A stretch of DNA of 64,000 nucleotides from NCBI GenBank assembly GCA_030704615.1, contig CM060734.1, positions 37,510,001-37,574,000 on the forward strand. Reading direction: 5' to 3'. The notes under the pieces were generated by a model that did not search any database, was not told the origin of the DNA, and worked only from the letters and a program-made list of their open reading frames with translations. Positions 1-11,700 of the stretch are shown here, piece after piece; position 1 is the stretch's first letter; every line of letters starts with the position of its first letter. Both the position numbers and the translations under genes were made by a program. This DNA comes from Takakia lepidozioides. Its lineage: Eukaryota > Plantae > Bryophyta.

Positions 1-2660
1 TTCAACTTCTTCTCTAATGCGCCCGCTAGATAGCTAAGTTAGGCCAACCACTATCAAGAACTGCAAAGTGGTAGGCTTCTTGATTATTTCTTTGACAACC
101 CGATATTTTAGTTATGACTAAACAGAGTGGCAGAACCCATCGTGACTGCTCCCTGTGGGAGTGGCCGAGACATAGAATCGGCGCCATTGTACTTCCAAAC
201 AACAGAGCGTGTGCGAAAGGCGCAGAGGAAGGAGAAGATGCTGATGAGCGCTTCCAGGGGAACAGTTGGAAAACACCTGGTAAACTACAAGCGAACTTAG
301 TTGAGGAGGAAAGGATACGTGACACAGCCCGACAATCGGCCCTCCATCGCTGCCGGATCTAAAAAAGAACACATTGAAGCCAGAGCTGTCTACGGAAGAT
401 GTGGAAAATGGTGAACGTGGCGAAGACGGTACTATCAAGCCCGACAGTGAAGCTTGATCAAGCAGTCAAGATAGCAAACAGCCTGTCGGGCCATGGGGAA
501 GGCTTGAGGTTGGGGCAAATCGAGGATGTAGAGAGTCAAGAACAACTCGCAAGCAAGGTGCAAGAAGAGTTGTTCTTCTTTTATTGTTTCTTTGCGGGAG
601 TATAATACAACTCTTGGGGAGCGAGGATGCACGCCATGGCAGCAAGAAGCATAGCTCCCAAATGGGAGAAAGAAGGACTGGTAGAGGAGGGATAGTGACT
701 CCTCTCTACCCATGGTGTACTCAGATCGCTGAAAATGGAGGGGCCTGGCCGAACACACCCGAGCATCACCAAAAGACATCATCTCATGTCAGCAGCCACA
801 GAGTGGAGTGCATCTGGAGGGAGGCGAAAACGGAGCCAACCACGAGTTCCAAGAAGACACCAAGTCCGATCAGAACCCGAGATCTCTCAATCACATACAG
901 TGGAGGAGCACATGGACCACGAGATAAGGCAATACCAAACGGAGCCGGGAGGACCTGTCTCTCAACTCGAGCGGCAGCGGGCGGCATTTTCTGCCTGTCT
1001 TTACAAACTTAGCGTTCGCTCAAGAGAAGCGGGCTGCCCCCTGATCAACCTTTACAACACCACAGATAAGTACAGGGGCATTCCCAACGTTGTGATTCCA
1101 AGGGCTATGATGAAGAACGTTAGGGAAAATGCTACAACATTTGCTATTCTCACAACAGGTTATGTGTTGAATACTTCTCGTCTTCACCTGTGGGCCAGCA
1201 CGAAAGCTAAATCGCTAACATATGCTCCGCTCAACACTTACAAATTTCTGAAGGAGCAAATATGGCTGCCTATAACCACTAACCATACAGGCGCAATTGT
1301 GGCTTGCCTCTTACCAAACATGTATTTTGTTTTTGCTATATATATATATATATATATTCACCGCGAATGAGAATAAATTTGAGTAAATGTGAGATTCAAA
1401 GTTGCATAATGACAAGAGAAAATTTGCGCTATGTCTTTTAGAGTGGACGACGGAAACTCGACCATCAAATTGAACATGTGTTCATCATGAGTTGGTAGCC
1501 ATTGAAAACGACGTGTTTTCGGGGTTACATTGGTGTTGTTCATAATATCATTTTGTTGTCGACCCCTTTTTTTAGTGACATATTGTGATATCAAAGAAGG
1601 TTGTACCGATATTGCAAATCCCGAAATTGAAAGCGATTGAGAATTTGAAATCGAGGTCAACGGCATAACATTTGAAGTGCAATGAGTTCTTTTCAAAATA
1701 ATAGGTTCAAAGTGCCCACTCTTCGTAGCGTGTCTATCGTCATAAAGTAGTTGGAGAGGGGTATGCGCAACAAATTGATCACCCACAGAAAATATTATTC
1801 TTTTATTTACTCGAGACCATAACCGAATGGGTCTTTGTAAATAATTTGCTAAACAAAAAATGGCACGATTATCACCTTCTAAACCTCCACAAACAACATT
1901 TTTGGACATTTGTTGAACAAATTCATCAATTGTGCGAACACCATGTAACTCATAGAGGGCGTCCAAAGAAAAGTGGATTTGAATCATTTCGGCCACCTCA
2001 TCAGTGGGCAATTGTAAAGTTTGCATAAAATGTTTCAAGGTTTGACGATGGAGATCTGTAGATGATATTTCAAAATGCAGCAAATAAGCAACTGAATCAA
2101 ATAAACAGTCTTCAACAACATAATGGTAATCGTGTACACGATGCAAATTCTGATATTGTAATATTAAGTCTATCTCTGTATCCATTATTAAGAGAGTAAA
2201 TTAGATATAAAAATAAGGTTGTAAAAAAACTGAATTAAGGTTCAAGTTGTATTATAACAGAAAATAATATTAATGGAGGTTGGCCAGATTAGATAGATTT
2301 TGAAAATCTTATAAGAACACAAACAAGCAATGTACAAGGCAATGAAACGTCGAATAAAGAGTTGCTAAACAATAATAATAGTACATTATATGTTTTGATG
2401 AATTAAATTTCATAGATATTGTAGTAGATAAATCTGAATTGAAAAATTAAGTGAGAGACTGGCTGATTAACTGAGGAACTGGCTGAAAGTGTAGCTGTAA
2501 ACAAAAAGGCTGAAGTTTGTAAAATTAAAAGAACACACAAGAACGGCACAATATTGTCAAAGTACTCATATATTGCAACCATAAACCACACACAACTCAC
2601 AAAAATGGATTAATAAAATCCAATCATGTTGTGTGGGCTCTATTGTCATGGTAAGAACTA
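1..2660 (-). repeat. Inverted partial copy of the 4.2-kb amplicon unit (LINE 5' segment 1-1321, (TA)n, OTU-Myb gene and upstream AT-rich region)
   Basis: Reverse complement of about 30767-33442. Identical ORF translations occur on opposite strands (e.g. 735-1370 + vs 32040-32708 -). The match ends at GTAAGAACTA (2660). Confidence 0.95.
1358..2185 (-). CDS. OTU-like cysteine protease plus C-terminal Myb/SANT-like domain, probably Helitron-derived; uninterrupted ORF in this copy
   Basis: EDCLFDSVA (catalytic Cys), LRRQ/LHRQ helix, GGLEGD, RPIRLWS, LLY...GHFEPI (catalytic His); C-terminal RRFQWLPTHDEHMFNLM...LTFTQIYSH resembles Myb. Confidence 0.65.
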   Translation of the reverse strand: MDTEIDLILQYQNLHRVHDYHYVVEDCLFDSVAYLLHFEISSTDLHRQTLKHFMQTLQLPTDEVAEMIQIHFSLDALYELHGVRTIDEFVQQMSKNVVCGGLEGDNRAIFCLANYLQRPIRLWSRVNKRIIFSVGDQFVAHTPLQLLYDDRHATKSGHFEPIILKRTHCTSNVMPLTSISNSQSLSISGFAISVQPSLISQYVTKKRGRQQNDIMNNTNVTPKTRRFQWLPTHDEHMFNLMVEFPSSTLKDIAQIFSCHYATLNLTFTQIYSHSR

Positions 2661-2928
2661 GGCTACCAACTCATGATGAACACATGTTCAATTTGATGGT
2701 CGAGTTTCCGTCGTCCACTCTAAAAGACATAGCGCAAATTTTCTCCTGTCATTATGCAACTTTGAATCTCACATTTACTCAAATTTATTCTCATTCGCGG
2801 TGAATATATATATATATAGCAAAAACAAAATACATGTTTGGTAAGAGGCAAGCCACAATTGCGCCTGTATGGTTAGTGGTTATAGGCAGCCATATTTGCT
2901 CCTTCAGAAATTTGTAAGTGTTGAGCGG
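2661..2928 (+). repeat. Fold-back duplication: inverted copy of 1227-1500 at the junction with the truncated Mutator-like element
   Basis: GGCTACCAAC...GTTGAGCGG is the reverse complement of 1227-1500 apart from (TA)n length. Confidence 0.9.
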
Positions 2929-5900
2929 TCTCTGCCCTTCAAACCCTCCATGGTCTTCATGTATGCCAACTTGGCTGCCCGTCCATCCAAAGCCGCCAAG
3001 AAACTCTCATTTACACACTGGACTACTGTTTCGGGAGCCACTTTCGGCCTCTTCATTTCCACCGGCTCGAAAGGGTGCCCCCCTGGGGGGTTGAAGAGTG
3101 CCTTCTTTGCCGAGCCAGTTCTCGTGCCTCTCGTGACAACGGTGGGCACAGGGGAGGCAGCCTGCGTTTGGGGGGGTGGGCTGGTTGCAAAGTCTCCATC
3201 GGAGTCCTCTTCCTCACCCTCTTCCTGAACAGGCTGTTTCTGCTTCTTCGTTTTGGCGGGTGTCACAATAGCTGCTCCTTGCTGGCGAGTCCTCTTCTTC
3301 GACCCCTTCTGTTGGGCCTGCACAGCTGCATCCACCGTCTTTTGTGCCATCTCAGCTGCCTTTCTGGATTCTTCCAGAGCAGCAGATTCCTTTGCCGACT
3401 TTGGCCCAGCAGGGACACGTCTTTCCTTTCTCTTCTCTTCTGCCAAGACATGCAGATCTTTCTCAGACTCGTCAACAATACCGCCAGACATGTCCAGGTA
3501 CCACGGGCATCCAACGAGATGCGCGGGATGCCATTGTTTCTGCATCTCGGGTGTGTAGACACAGCTTGGGCCCGCCACGGTCCAAGCCATGAAGAACGGG
3601 GGCTCTTGAGCCAGGGCCCCTGTCTGAAGGAGCACGTATTTCATATACCTGCAAGGCAGTCAGCATGCGTGAGCAAAAGTTGAGACCAACCTACTCGCAG
3701 AGTGCCACTGAAAACATAAAATGCGAATGCGGTGCCGCATTTCCGAGACAAACCTCGTAACCAGGCTTCGCATACAAGGGCAGCTGTGCTTCACCTGTAA
3801 ACAATTTGCATTGCAGCTTTCCCCGCTCCCTCCTGATGTGTAAACTCCACGCTCCTTCTTGCTGTCTGTAGCTCTCTGGCGAAAAGGTTGTCCTTGTACG
3901 CACATCTGAAACGTGTCACGTAGTCTTCCAATGTCTGTGTTCCATCCCATTTGACGTACAAGCCGAACGAATTTGTGTGCATTACGACTTGCTCCTTCGC
4001 ATTCGACATTACCTGCGATTTCCAAATGCATTGTCACGTAGCAGTTCAGGGAATTCATTTCAGAAAAGCAAATCTGGGGAAGTACCTTGAATTACCTGGA
4101 ACCACCAAGTCATACGGTTGAGCCACACATCCACTGCAGGGTCGGAAACTTCCAGTGGAAAAGACCACATTGTCCTTATGCTCTCGGATGCATTCCAGAT
4201 CGACAGCCACCGTGTCTGCCATTTTCGATCCAATGTCAGGAGCTGGAAGAGAGTGGCTATTGCTAGGAAGGAACTTCAGTGCATTGAAACCTCACCTTCT
4301 CTTTCGCCTCCACACATGCCGTTGAGAGGTGATGCAGTTTCTCCAATTGCATGGTCGGCTGCATGGCCCGAGAATAGTGTTTTGCAATCTCGGGGATGAA
4401 GTCCTTTCCAAGTGCCGGATCTGCAATTGCCACCAGCTTCACAAGATTGACTTGTATTTGGTTCTGGACTTGACACCGGCTTCCTTCAAGTGCTCAGTCA
4501 ATGACTGCAAACGTTTTCACCTGCCCCTCACTTTCCATGAAGAAGCGTTTGGCATGGGCCAAATCCAGCTTGATGTTTGACTGCCAACAAAAAACATGCA
4601 GAAGTGTTACATTCGATTCATGTGGAAACATTACTGAAAATTGGGGAAGGATGAGCAGAGGGAAATTGGAGGACGACTTACTTCGTATATCACCTCCACC
4701 ATTCCATCCATAGTGAGACGATACCATGTCCGGTCTGTTTTTGCAACGACTTTCTGAATGAGCTCGGGCTCCAGCATTTCCGCAAACATCTGCGGATCAG
4801 TGAGACCAGTTTTCCTCACCCTGTACAGCATATGTGCCATGTGGGTATGCACGTACGCATTCTCAGTGACCCTGCAAGGCACACTCTCCAGTTCAGTACA
4901 CAGAAGCACGGAAACAAACCAGAATGGAAACCGAAATGCGGCACCGCATTTCGAACGTGCTAGGGAGGGTATGAGTATCTTACGAGTTGAGGTCCGCCAT
5001 GGCATTCTTGAGCAGGGAGGAGTCTGCCGCCTTCACCTTGAGGATGACACACTCCACCATGTAATGCCAGCCAATGTGCTTGGCATGGTTCTGCTTGATG
5101 TACTCCCACCAGGCGAGAAGTCGGTGATTCCCGTCCCACACAAAGAACATTTACCAGACATATGGCCGAAGTCTGGATCACCCTTCAGCGTCGCCTCGAA
5201 TTCGTCGTTGCGAGTGTGCCAGTGGGTATCCCACGTTGACAATTCATCGGCAGTGGGTCCACGAGTTTCGCCGTCCTCATTCTCAATGGAAACGTAAAAC
5301 GCTGCCGATCCCAGACGGTACCCTTCTCGAAATGCGAACTTGAGCTTATCCACATCTCCGGGAAGGGCCTGCCTGACGATGGGAAGGGAGACCATGCGAC
5401 AGAGTGGGATTCGAAGAGTCCGTTGGAATACCCTGCTGCCCAGAACTCTGCCAATGCTACTGTGTGTCTCCTCCAACATTTTATCCGCTGCACTTTTGAA
5501 ATCCTCCGGAGACATGTCTGTAGGTGCGGTAGTGGCTGAGCAGCTGGAGCATCCTCAACTGGAGCTGCACTCTGGGGCCTGTGTGCGGGCAATTCTGCCA
5601 TTGCAGAGGCCTCCTCCGGGCGTGCTTGCTCATTGGTGGTGAGGTCTTGCTGCGAACGTTGAGCGGCAGCACCCTCCTCCGGTACCAAATCGAGATGAAC
5701 GGTCGATCCCATTGCCTTCGCTGCAGCAGAGTAGGCCCCAACATCTGCAGGCGGGAAATCCTCCAGGAACTGAGCTTCAGCTCGTGGAAGCGGTTTTGCG
5801 GGAGATTGTTCGGCCGTCGCCCTGATTGCATTCTGCTTCCTCATCCTTGCAGGTGAAGGTGTCTGCTGCAATTGAATCTGTCTTTTACCCTGCTGCTTCA

Positions 5901-6417
5901 TTCGCGTTGGGGGGGGTGAATCGGCCTGAGCCGGTTCAGAAGCCAGTAGAGGGATGGGCTGCTTCTTCTTCGACTTTGCTGGAGAAGGGCCCGACCCCTG
6001 CTGGCGATTCTCCATGACCGAAGAACGCGAGTCGATCTCTGGGGCTTTGAACTTGCCCTTCGAAGCCGCGTCTTTGAATCGCACAGGGCTAGGCCCGGCA
6101 GGATACCCGCGCTCGGGGATCGGGTGGGTGTACGTGCTGCAGCTAGCTCCTCGGACTCTTCCTGCGGCTCTTCGGATTCCTGCGATCCCTCCAGCACGTC
6201 CACCTTTCCTGTTAGGCATGCAAACATGTTCTGCATTCAAGTCTCCTAGCATTCAGTCTAAGAATTACAGAAGCAAAATGGGGGGTTCGGTGCTCGATCA
6301 GCTGCGCGCAGCCCGATCGCATGGAGCTCTCACTGGTGGCTGGGTTGCCTGAGTGGCTTGCTGCTCGGAGATGGCAATCTCCTCCTGTAGACGCATCTGC
6401 TTCCTCCCCTTCGGCAT
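2929..6417 (-). pseudogene. Spliced accessory gene of the MULE with a ParB/Sulfiredoxin-like domain; frameshifted and 3'-truncated; start position uncertain
   Basis: IPLCRMVSLPIVRQALPGDVDKLKFAFREGY, then (after a frameshift near 5150) MFFVWDGNHRLLAWWEYI. GT-AG introns at about 4983-4872, 4681-4581 and 3794-3648 join in-frame exons. Low-complexity N- and C-termini. Confidence 0.65.
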
Positions 6418-6809
6418 TGGCCTACGTCCGAAGTATAATTTCCGGAGCTTGCGACGAGGTCTCCTGTTTGGTGCACGAACTCCCCCCCTCTCAGGTTCGA
6501 GCATAAGAAGAACAGAGAGAGGGAAAGGGGCAAAGAGTGCAGATGGAAAGGGCGCGAGAGGGGTGACTGAGGAGACACGACAAAAGTAGATGAAACGGCG
6601 GTGATGCACCACTTGGGTTCGAAAGGTTGGACGAAAGTGTCTCCTCGTGGACTTTGCGTCATTACGAAAATTCGAATCGTTCAACGGTACGCCTGCCGTC
6701 CGAAAAACAAACATCATTATCCAACGGTCAGGCCGCGCCGCCTCATGCCCCTTCACTCAGATAGAGTGCCGACATGTGCAGCAATTCCGTTGCTCCACGT
6801 GTTCACATT

Positions 6810-8580
6810 TCAAGGCATTTCCGTCCCAGCGTCTGATGAGTTGGAGCGAAAATGCGAATGCGGCGCCGCATTTCCGTTAAGTACCATCACGAAGCTACAC
6901 ATCCGTACTTGTTGGAAGAAAATGCGGCACCGCATTTCCGTTCCACCTTCACATACCTTAGTTGTTGAACGGAAATACGGTGCCGCATTTCCGTCCCACA
7001 GCTCCATGTATGAGATTCAAAAGGGAAATGCGGCGCCGCATTTCCGTTCTGGAATGTCGAAAGGTGCGATTCGGACGGGAATGAGGCACAACATTTCAGT
7101 TCCCGTGGTTCATGATTTTCAATGTGAATGGGTTCCCCCTTCACATACGTTAGTTGATGAATGGAAATGTCGTGCCACATTTCCGTTCGGGAAAGTATAG
7201 AGGTCTCACCTAGACAGAAATGCGGTGCCGCATTTCCGGTCTGGAAAGTTTGAAGGTCTCACATGGATGGAAATGCGGCAACACATTTCCGTAGCACAGC
7301 TCCAGGCCCCATATAAAAAACGGAAATGCAGCGCCGCATTTCCGTTCTAGAATATCGGAAGGTGCGACTCGGACGGAAATGCGGTGCCGCATTACTGTTC
7401 CCGTTGCGCACGATTTTCAGTCAGAACGGAAATGCGGTACCGCATTTCCGTTCTGTAGAGTATTAATGTCTGATGCTGGCGGAAATGCTGTGCCGTATTT
7501 TCGTTCCACAGCACCATGCCTCACATAAAAAAAGGAAATGCGGCGCCGCATTTCCGTTTTGGAATGTCGGAAGGTGCGACTCCGACGGAAATGCGGTACC
7601 GCATTTCAGTTCCGATGTTTCAGGATATTTCATCAGAACGGAAATGCGGTGCCGCATTTCCTTTTTGAATCTAATACATTCCGTTCTGGAATGTTGGGAG
7701 GTGCGACTCGGATGAAAATGCGTTGCCGCATTTCAGTTCCGATGGTTCATGATTTTCAGTCAGAACGGAAATGCGGTACCGCATTTCCGTACTGGAATGT
7801 TGGTAGGTGCGACTCGGATGGAAATACGCTGCCGCATTTCAGTTCAGATGGTTCACGATTTTCAGTCAGAACGGCAATGCGGTACCGCATTTCCGTTCTG
7901 GATAGTATGAATGTCTCAAGCGGTCGAAATTGCGCTGTATGAAGCTGTCGGAATCGCACTCGGCTCCATGCATCAGATACAAAATGGAAATGCGGCGCCG
8001 CATTTCCGTTCTGGAATGTCGGAAAGTGCGACCCGGACAGAAATGCGGTGCCGCATTTATGTTCCCGTTGTTCATAATTCTTAATCAGAACGGAAATGCG
8101 GTACCGCATTTCCGTTCCACCTTCACATACCGTGCTTGGTGGATGGAAATGCGGTACCGCATTTCCGTTATGGAGAGTATGAATGTCTTTTAAGGACGGA
8201 AATGTGCTGCAGCATTTCTATCCCTCGGCTCCATGCATCAGATACAAAATGGAAATGCGGCGCCGCATTTTCGTTATGGAATGTCGGAAAAGTGCGACTC
8301 GGACGGAAATGCGGTGCCGCATTTGTGTTCCCGTTGTTCATAATTCTCAATCAGAACGGAAATGCGGTACCGCATTTGCGTTCCACCTTCACATACCGTG
8401 CTTGCTGGATGGAAATGCGTTACCGCATTTCCGTTCTGGAGAGTATAAAGGTTTCCCCCGGACGGAAACTCGGTGCCGCATTTCCGTCGCTTTGGTGCAT
8501 GACCAAGATGGAATACGGAAATGCGACGCCGTATTTCCGTCCACCAGCAATCGAAAGAATCACTCGGGACGGGAAATCTG
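6810..8580. repeat. Array of about 30 palindromes (consensus ACGGAAATGCGGTACCGCATTTCCGT) with 27-bp spacers, 53-bp period
   Basis: Palindrome starts at 7163, 7216, 7269, 7322, 7375, 7428, 7481, 7534, 7587, 7640 and 7986, 8039, 8092, 8145, 8198, 8251. Spacers fall into about 5 recurring families. Confidence 0.95.
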
Positions 8581-8751
8581 GAACCTGAATGGGTTGCATT
8601 GTTCCGAAACAACACAATTGCGGCCAGTCTTGATGAGCACAACTTGGTTGTCTGACCGTTTTAACTAACAGTACTGGCACTTGTCAGTGCGAACGTTCCT
8701 GTCTGCACCGAGAATACTGCTGGATCCACCCTCAGGAGAAACTGTCAGGAG

Positions 8752-11700
8752 ATGTTATTTCGTCGCCGAATCGGTCATCATTGTCATACTTACTGGCTAT
8801 GGAATCAAACCTCCCAACTTCATGCATGTAGCTTGAAACAATACTTTCCACTTCAATGTGCGACTTCCAATCGTCGATGGACTCCGCAGATCCACTTAGA
8901 TGGTGCCTGTGAGCCTTGGTTTGTCGCTATACTGAACCTCGCACTTGCCAACTCCGTGCGGTGTTCGATGGCTCCGAATTCCTACGCTATAGTTTGCTGT
9001 CCTCCGCAACTTGGGAGAGCCTGGATCCCAAACGAGGGAGGACTTTACAGAGTGACTGAAACTTACCTTTGTTCCAAATTCAAGCTCAAACCGGGCACAG
9101 TTTATTTGGAAGAAGAAAGGAAGGATGTTCCTGGACAGGTTGACGAGACCATTGTCGTGCTAGGTAACGACGGAGGTTGCGGAATCGAATGGCACGTTCC
9201 CCCGTCAGACACCATCCTGTACCGAGCTGTGTGAATGCCCATTCCCTTTCCGAATCAGTCGCTGCCCACACCATCCACAAAGGAGTCCGGAAACCGAGAG
9301 GCGGCCACTGCCAACAGAGAGGTATGCAACGATAATCATTCCCGACCTGGACCATCAAGACCCTCCATAGCTTCTCGTGTGGACGTATTCGACATTTCCG
9401 ACGAGGAAGATGATTGCATTGAGGTACCCATGTCCTCCACACGGTCGTTCAAATCCGGCATGGACGTCTCTGTCGGTGCTACGAATGTGCCCTCGAGCAT
9501 AACTCCAACCCGGTCCATTGTGCAGCTCCTACGACAACATCACCTCGATGGTTCTCGCTCCGAGCTGGCTGCTCTCGACTATGCCAAATTCCCAGTCAGA
9601 AAGGTAACGTTTCTGCCTCCCGAAGTCGATGGCAATGTCATCTTTGAGTTTCCACCTGTTTCTTCTTCGTCAAACAAAGCCTCCGGGATGTTAACAGACA
9701 TGGATCGAAAGCATGACGGGCACCCCTGGTGTGTGACGAAGACCAGTAGCACGAAATTGCTGATGGTGTTTGTGTACGATATGTCCTCTGTGCGGGGAAG
9801 CTGAGGTGCCTCAATCCCACCTGCTTCCACTTTCTCTCCAAAGGAGGGCGGAGAAACGAGACGGATTGGACTGGCACAACGCATCATCCATTCATTGTCT
9901 CCAGCCAAGCTCCTGCGGGTTCTTTCAAGTGTGCACATTGCAAAGAACCACCGACGTGCATGTCCATGTGCAGAGCCAAGCAATATTACGTTATCCATTT
10001 GCTCCCGGACTTGACTAGAGCTTGCATACACGTTGGGGTCCACTGCCACCCCTTGGCGAGAGGCAACATGCGTGAGGCTGTGCAGGAAGCACACGACATC
10101 ATAAAAGAGGAGGTGAAATTGAGCCCCGGAGCCAGACCAAAGCAGATTCAGCTGAAGGCAGCCCACAAGATTGCTCTTGGCAAAATCATGTCTGAAGATG
10201 GTTCCGACCGAGAGCCCTTGACCGAAGACGAGATGCGTGACCTCTTGGAGTCCGTCTCGCACGTTTGTAGTCCGAATGTGCAGAATCACATCGTATCTTG
10301 CAAGCAGGAGTTCGGCAGGGGGTCGGACATGTACTCAATCCTGGAGGTGAAACGAATGACTGGATATGACTACATCCAAGGTAGCAGGTTTCCAAGGCAA
10401 GGCAGCAAATCCGATCGTTGTTACATTTTCAAAATGTCGACGTGTGGGCCTGGGAGTGGAGTCGACTTGGTCACTCGCATGACAACTGGAAACTTGTCGA
10501 ATGCTTGGGTGATGTTTGATCACATCAAGCGAATTACAAACCATCAGTGGGTGACTATGGGTGCGCATGTTTATGACTATCACTCCAAGAGGCTCATGAC
10601 GATTGCAATCTGCGAGATGAAAGGGGAGGACACACAGTCCGAGATGCATCTGTGGGAGGGCATAAACGAGCAGATGGCAAGGGCGGGATTGCCAGAGCCC
10701 AATTTCAGGGGATTCATGGCAGACAACGCTCAGGCCAACTGGGCAGCGGTGTGGCGTGTGTACGGTGAGGACCCCAATGTTCCAATGGAGGGGAAAGAGA
10801 GATCATGTGGATTCCATTGGATGAAGAGTCTATCCCACTACACTACCAAATTTGTTGCTAGCTCATTCCAAGCTGAACACCGTGTCCTTTGTACGGCGTG
10901 GAAGGATGCACCCACATTTGATGACGCGGAGGTTAAGTTTGCTATCATCGAGGCTTGGTGGAACACGTCAGGTGCAGTGGAGACAACCAATCTGGGAGCA
11001 TTGCACAGCTGGTTGGGGTGGTGGCATTTTCGGTATCGACAATTCGGACAGTACATGCGGGAGGTAGGCTGCTGTCAATTTCGTTCATTTGTCTTTATGT
11101 TACGGACATTTCGATTGGTCCCTCACCATTGTTTGTGTCCTTCTAGGAGCGGTGCTTGGATTCCGACACGGACATGCCGAACACAAATATGGCAGAATCG
11201 GTCCACTCCTCCTGGCGAGCGTCTTCTGCCGCACATCTGGTGGACGTAGTGACGGCCACAACGGAGGACATCGACAGAGCAATCATGCAGCAAGCCATGT
11301 ACTACAAGTTCCTGAGCGGCAAACAATGGGGCTTTGGGCCGGACAGGGAGGAACTGTTGGTACGAACAGCTTCGAGGTCCAAGAATCCAGTGAAATGGGC
11401 GACAGCATTGCGAGAGAAGATCAAAGGGACGCCTCTGCACCGCAGAGGTGAACACCTAGAGGGGGACGTCCGGACTCGCCCTGTCAGGCGGAGATTGAAG
11501 AGGAACCTGGGTGCGAAGAGGATTCCTGGAGATCCGACAGGAACATTCGGACAGCACCTCGAGGTCCCGTCATGTTGCCGCACAATGTGTCTTCCAGCAG
11601 TGGAAGCCCAAGAAATTCCAGATCGCCGTCGCCTTCAACCGGGGATTTCGTGCAAAAAATTCCCACCGCTCCCTTGCCCCACATTCCGCCCGCTGTTATG

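Noticed and set aside
4960-5515. Bacterial contamination or plasmid par locus as source of the ParB-like motif
   Set aside because: The gene has GT-AG introns, no ParA is present, and it lies in a MULE contiguous with plant repeats.
6810-8580. CRISPR array
   Set aside because: Repeat-spacer look, but spacers recur as about 5 families, repeats are degenerate full palindromes, no cas genes are present and the context is a eukaryotic transposon.
6601-8680. Many overlapping ORFs (MRHRISV / KCGAAFP / GNAAPHF)
   Set aside because: Translations of the palindrome array on both strands; no coding evidence.
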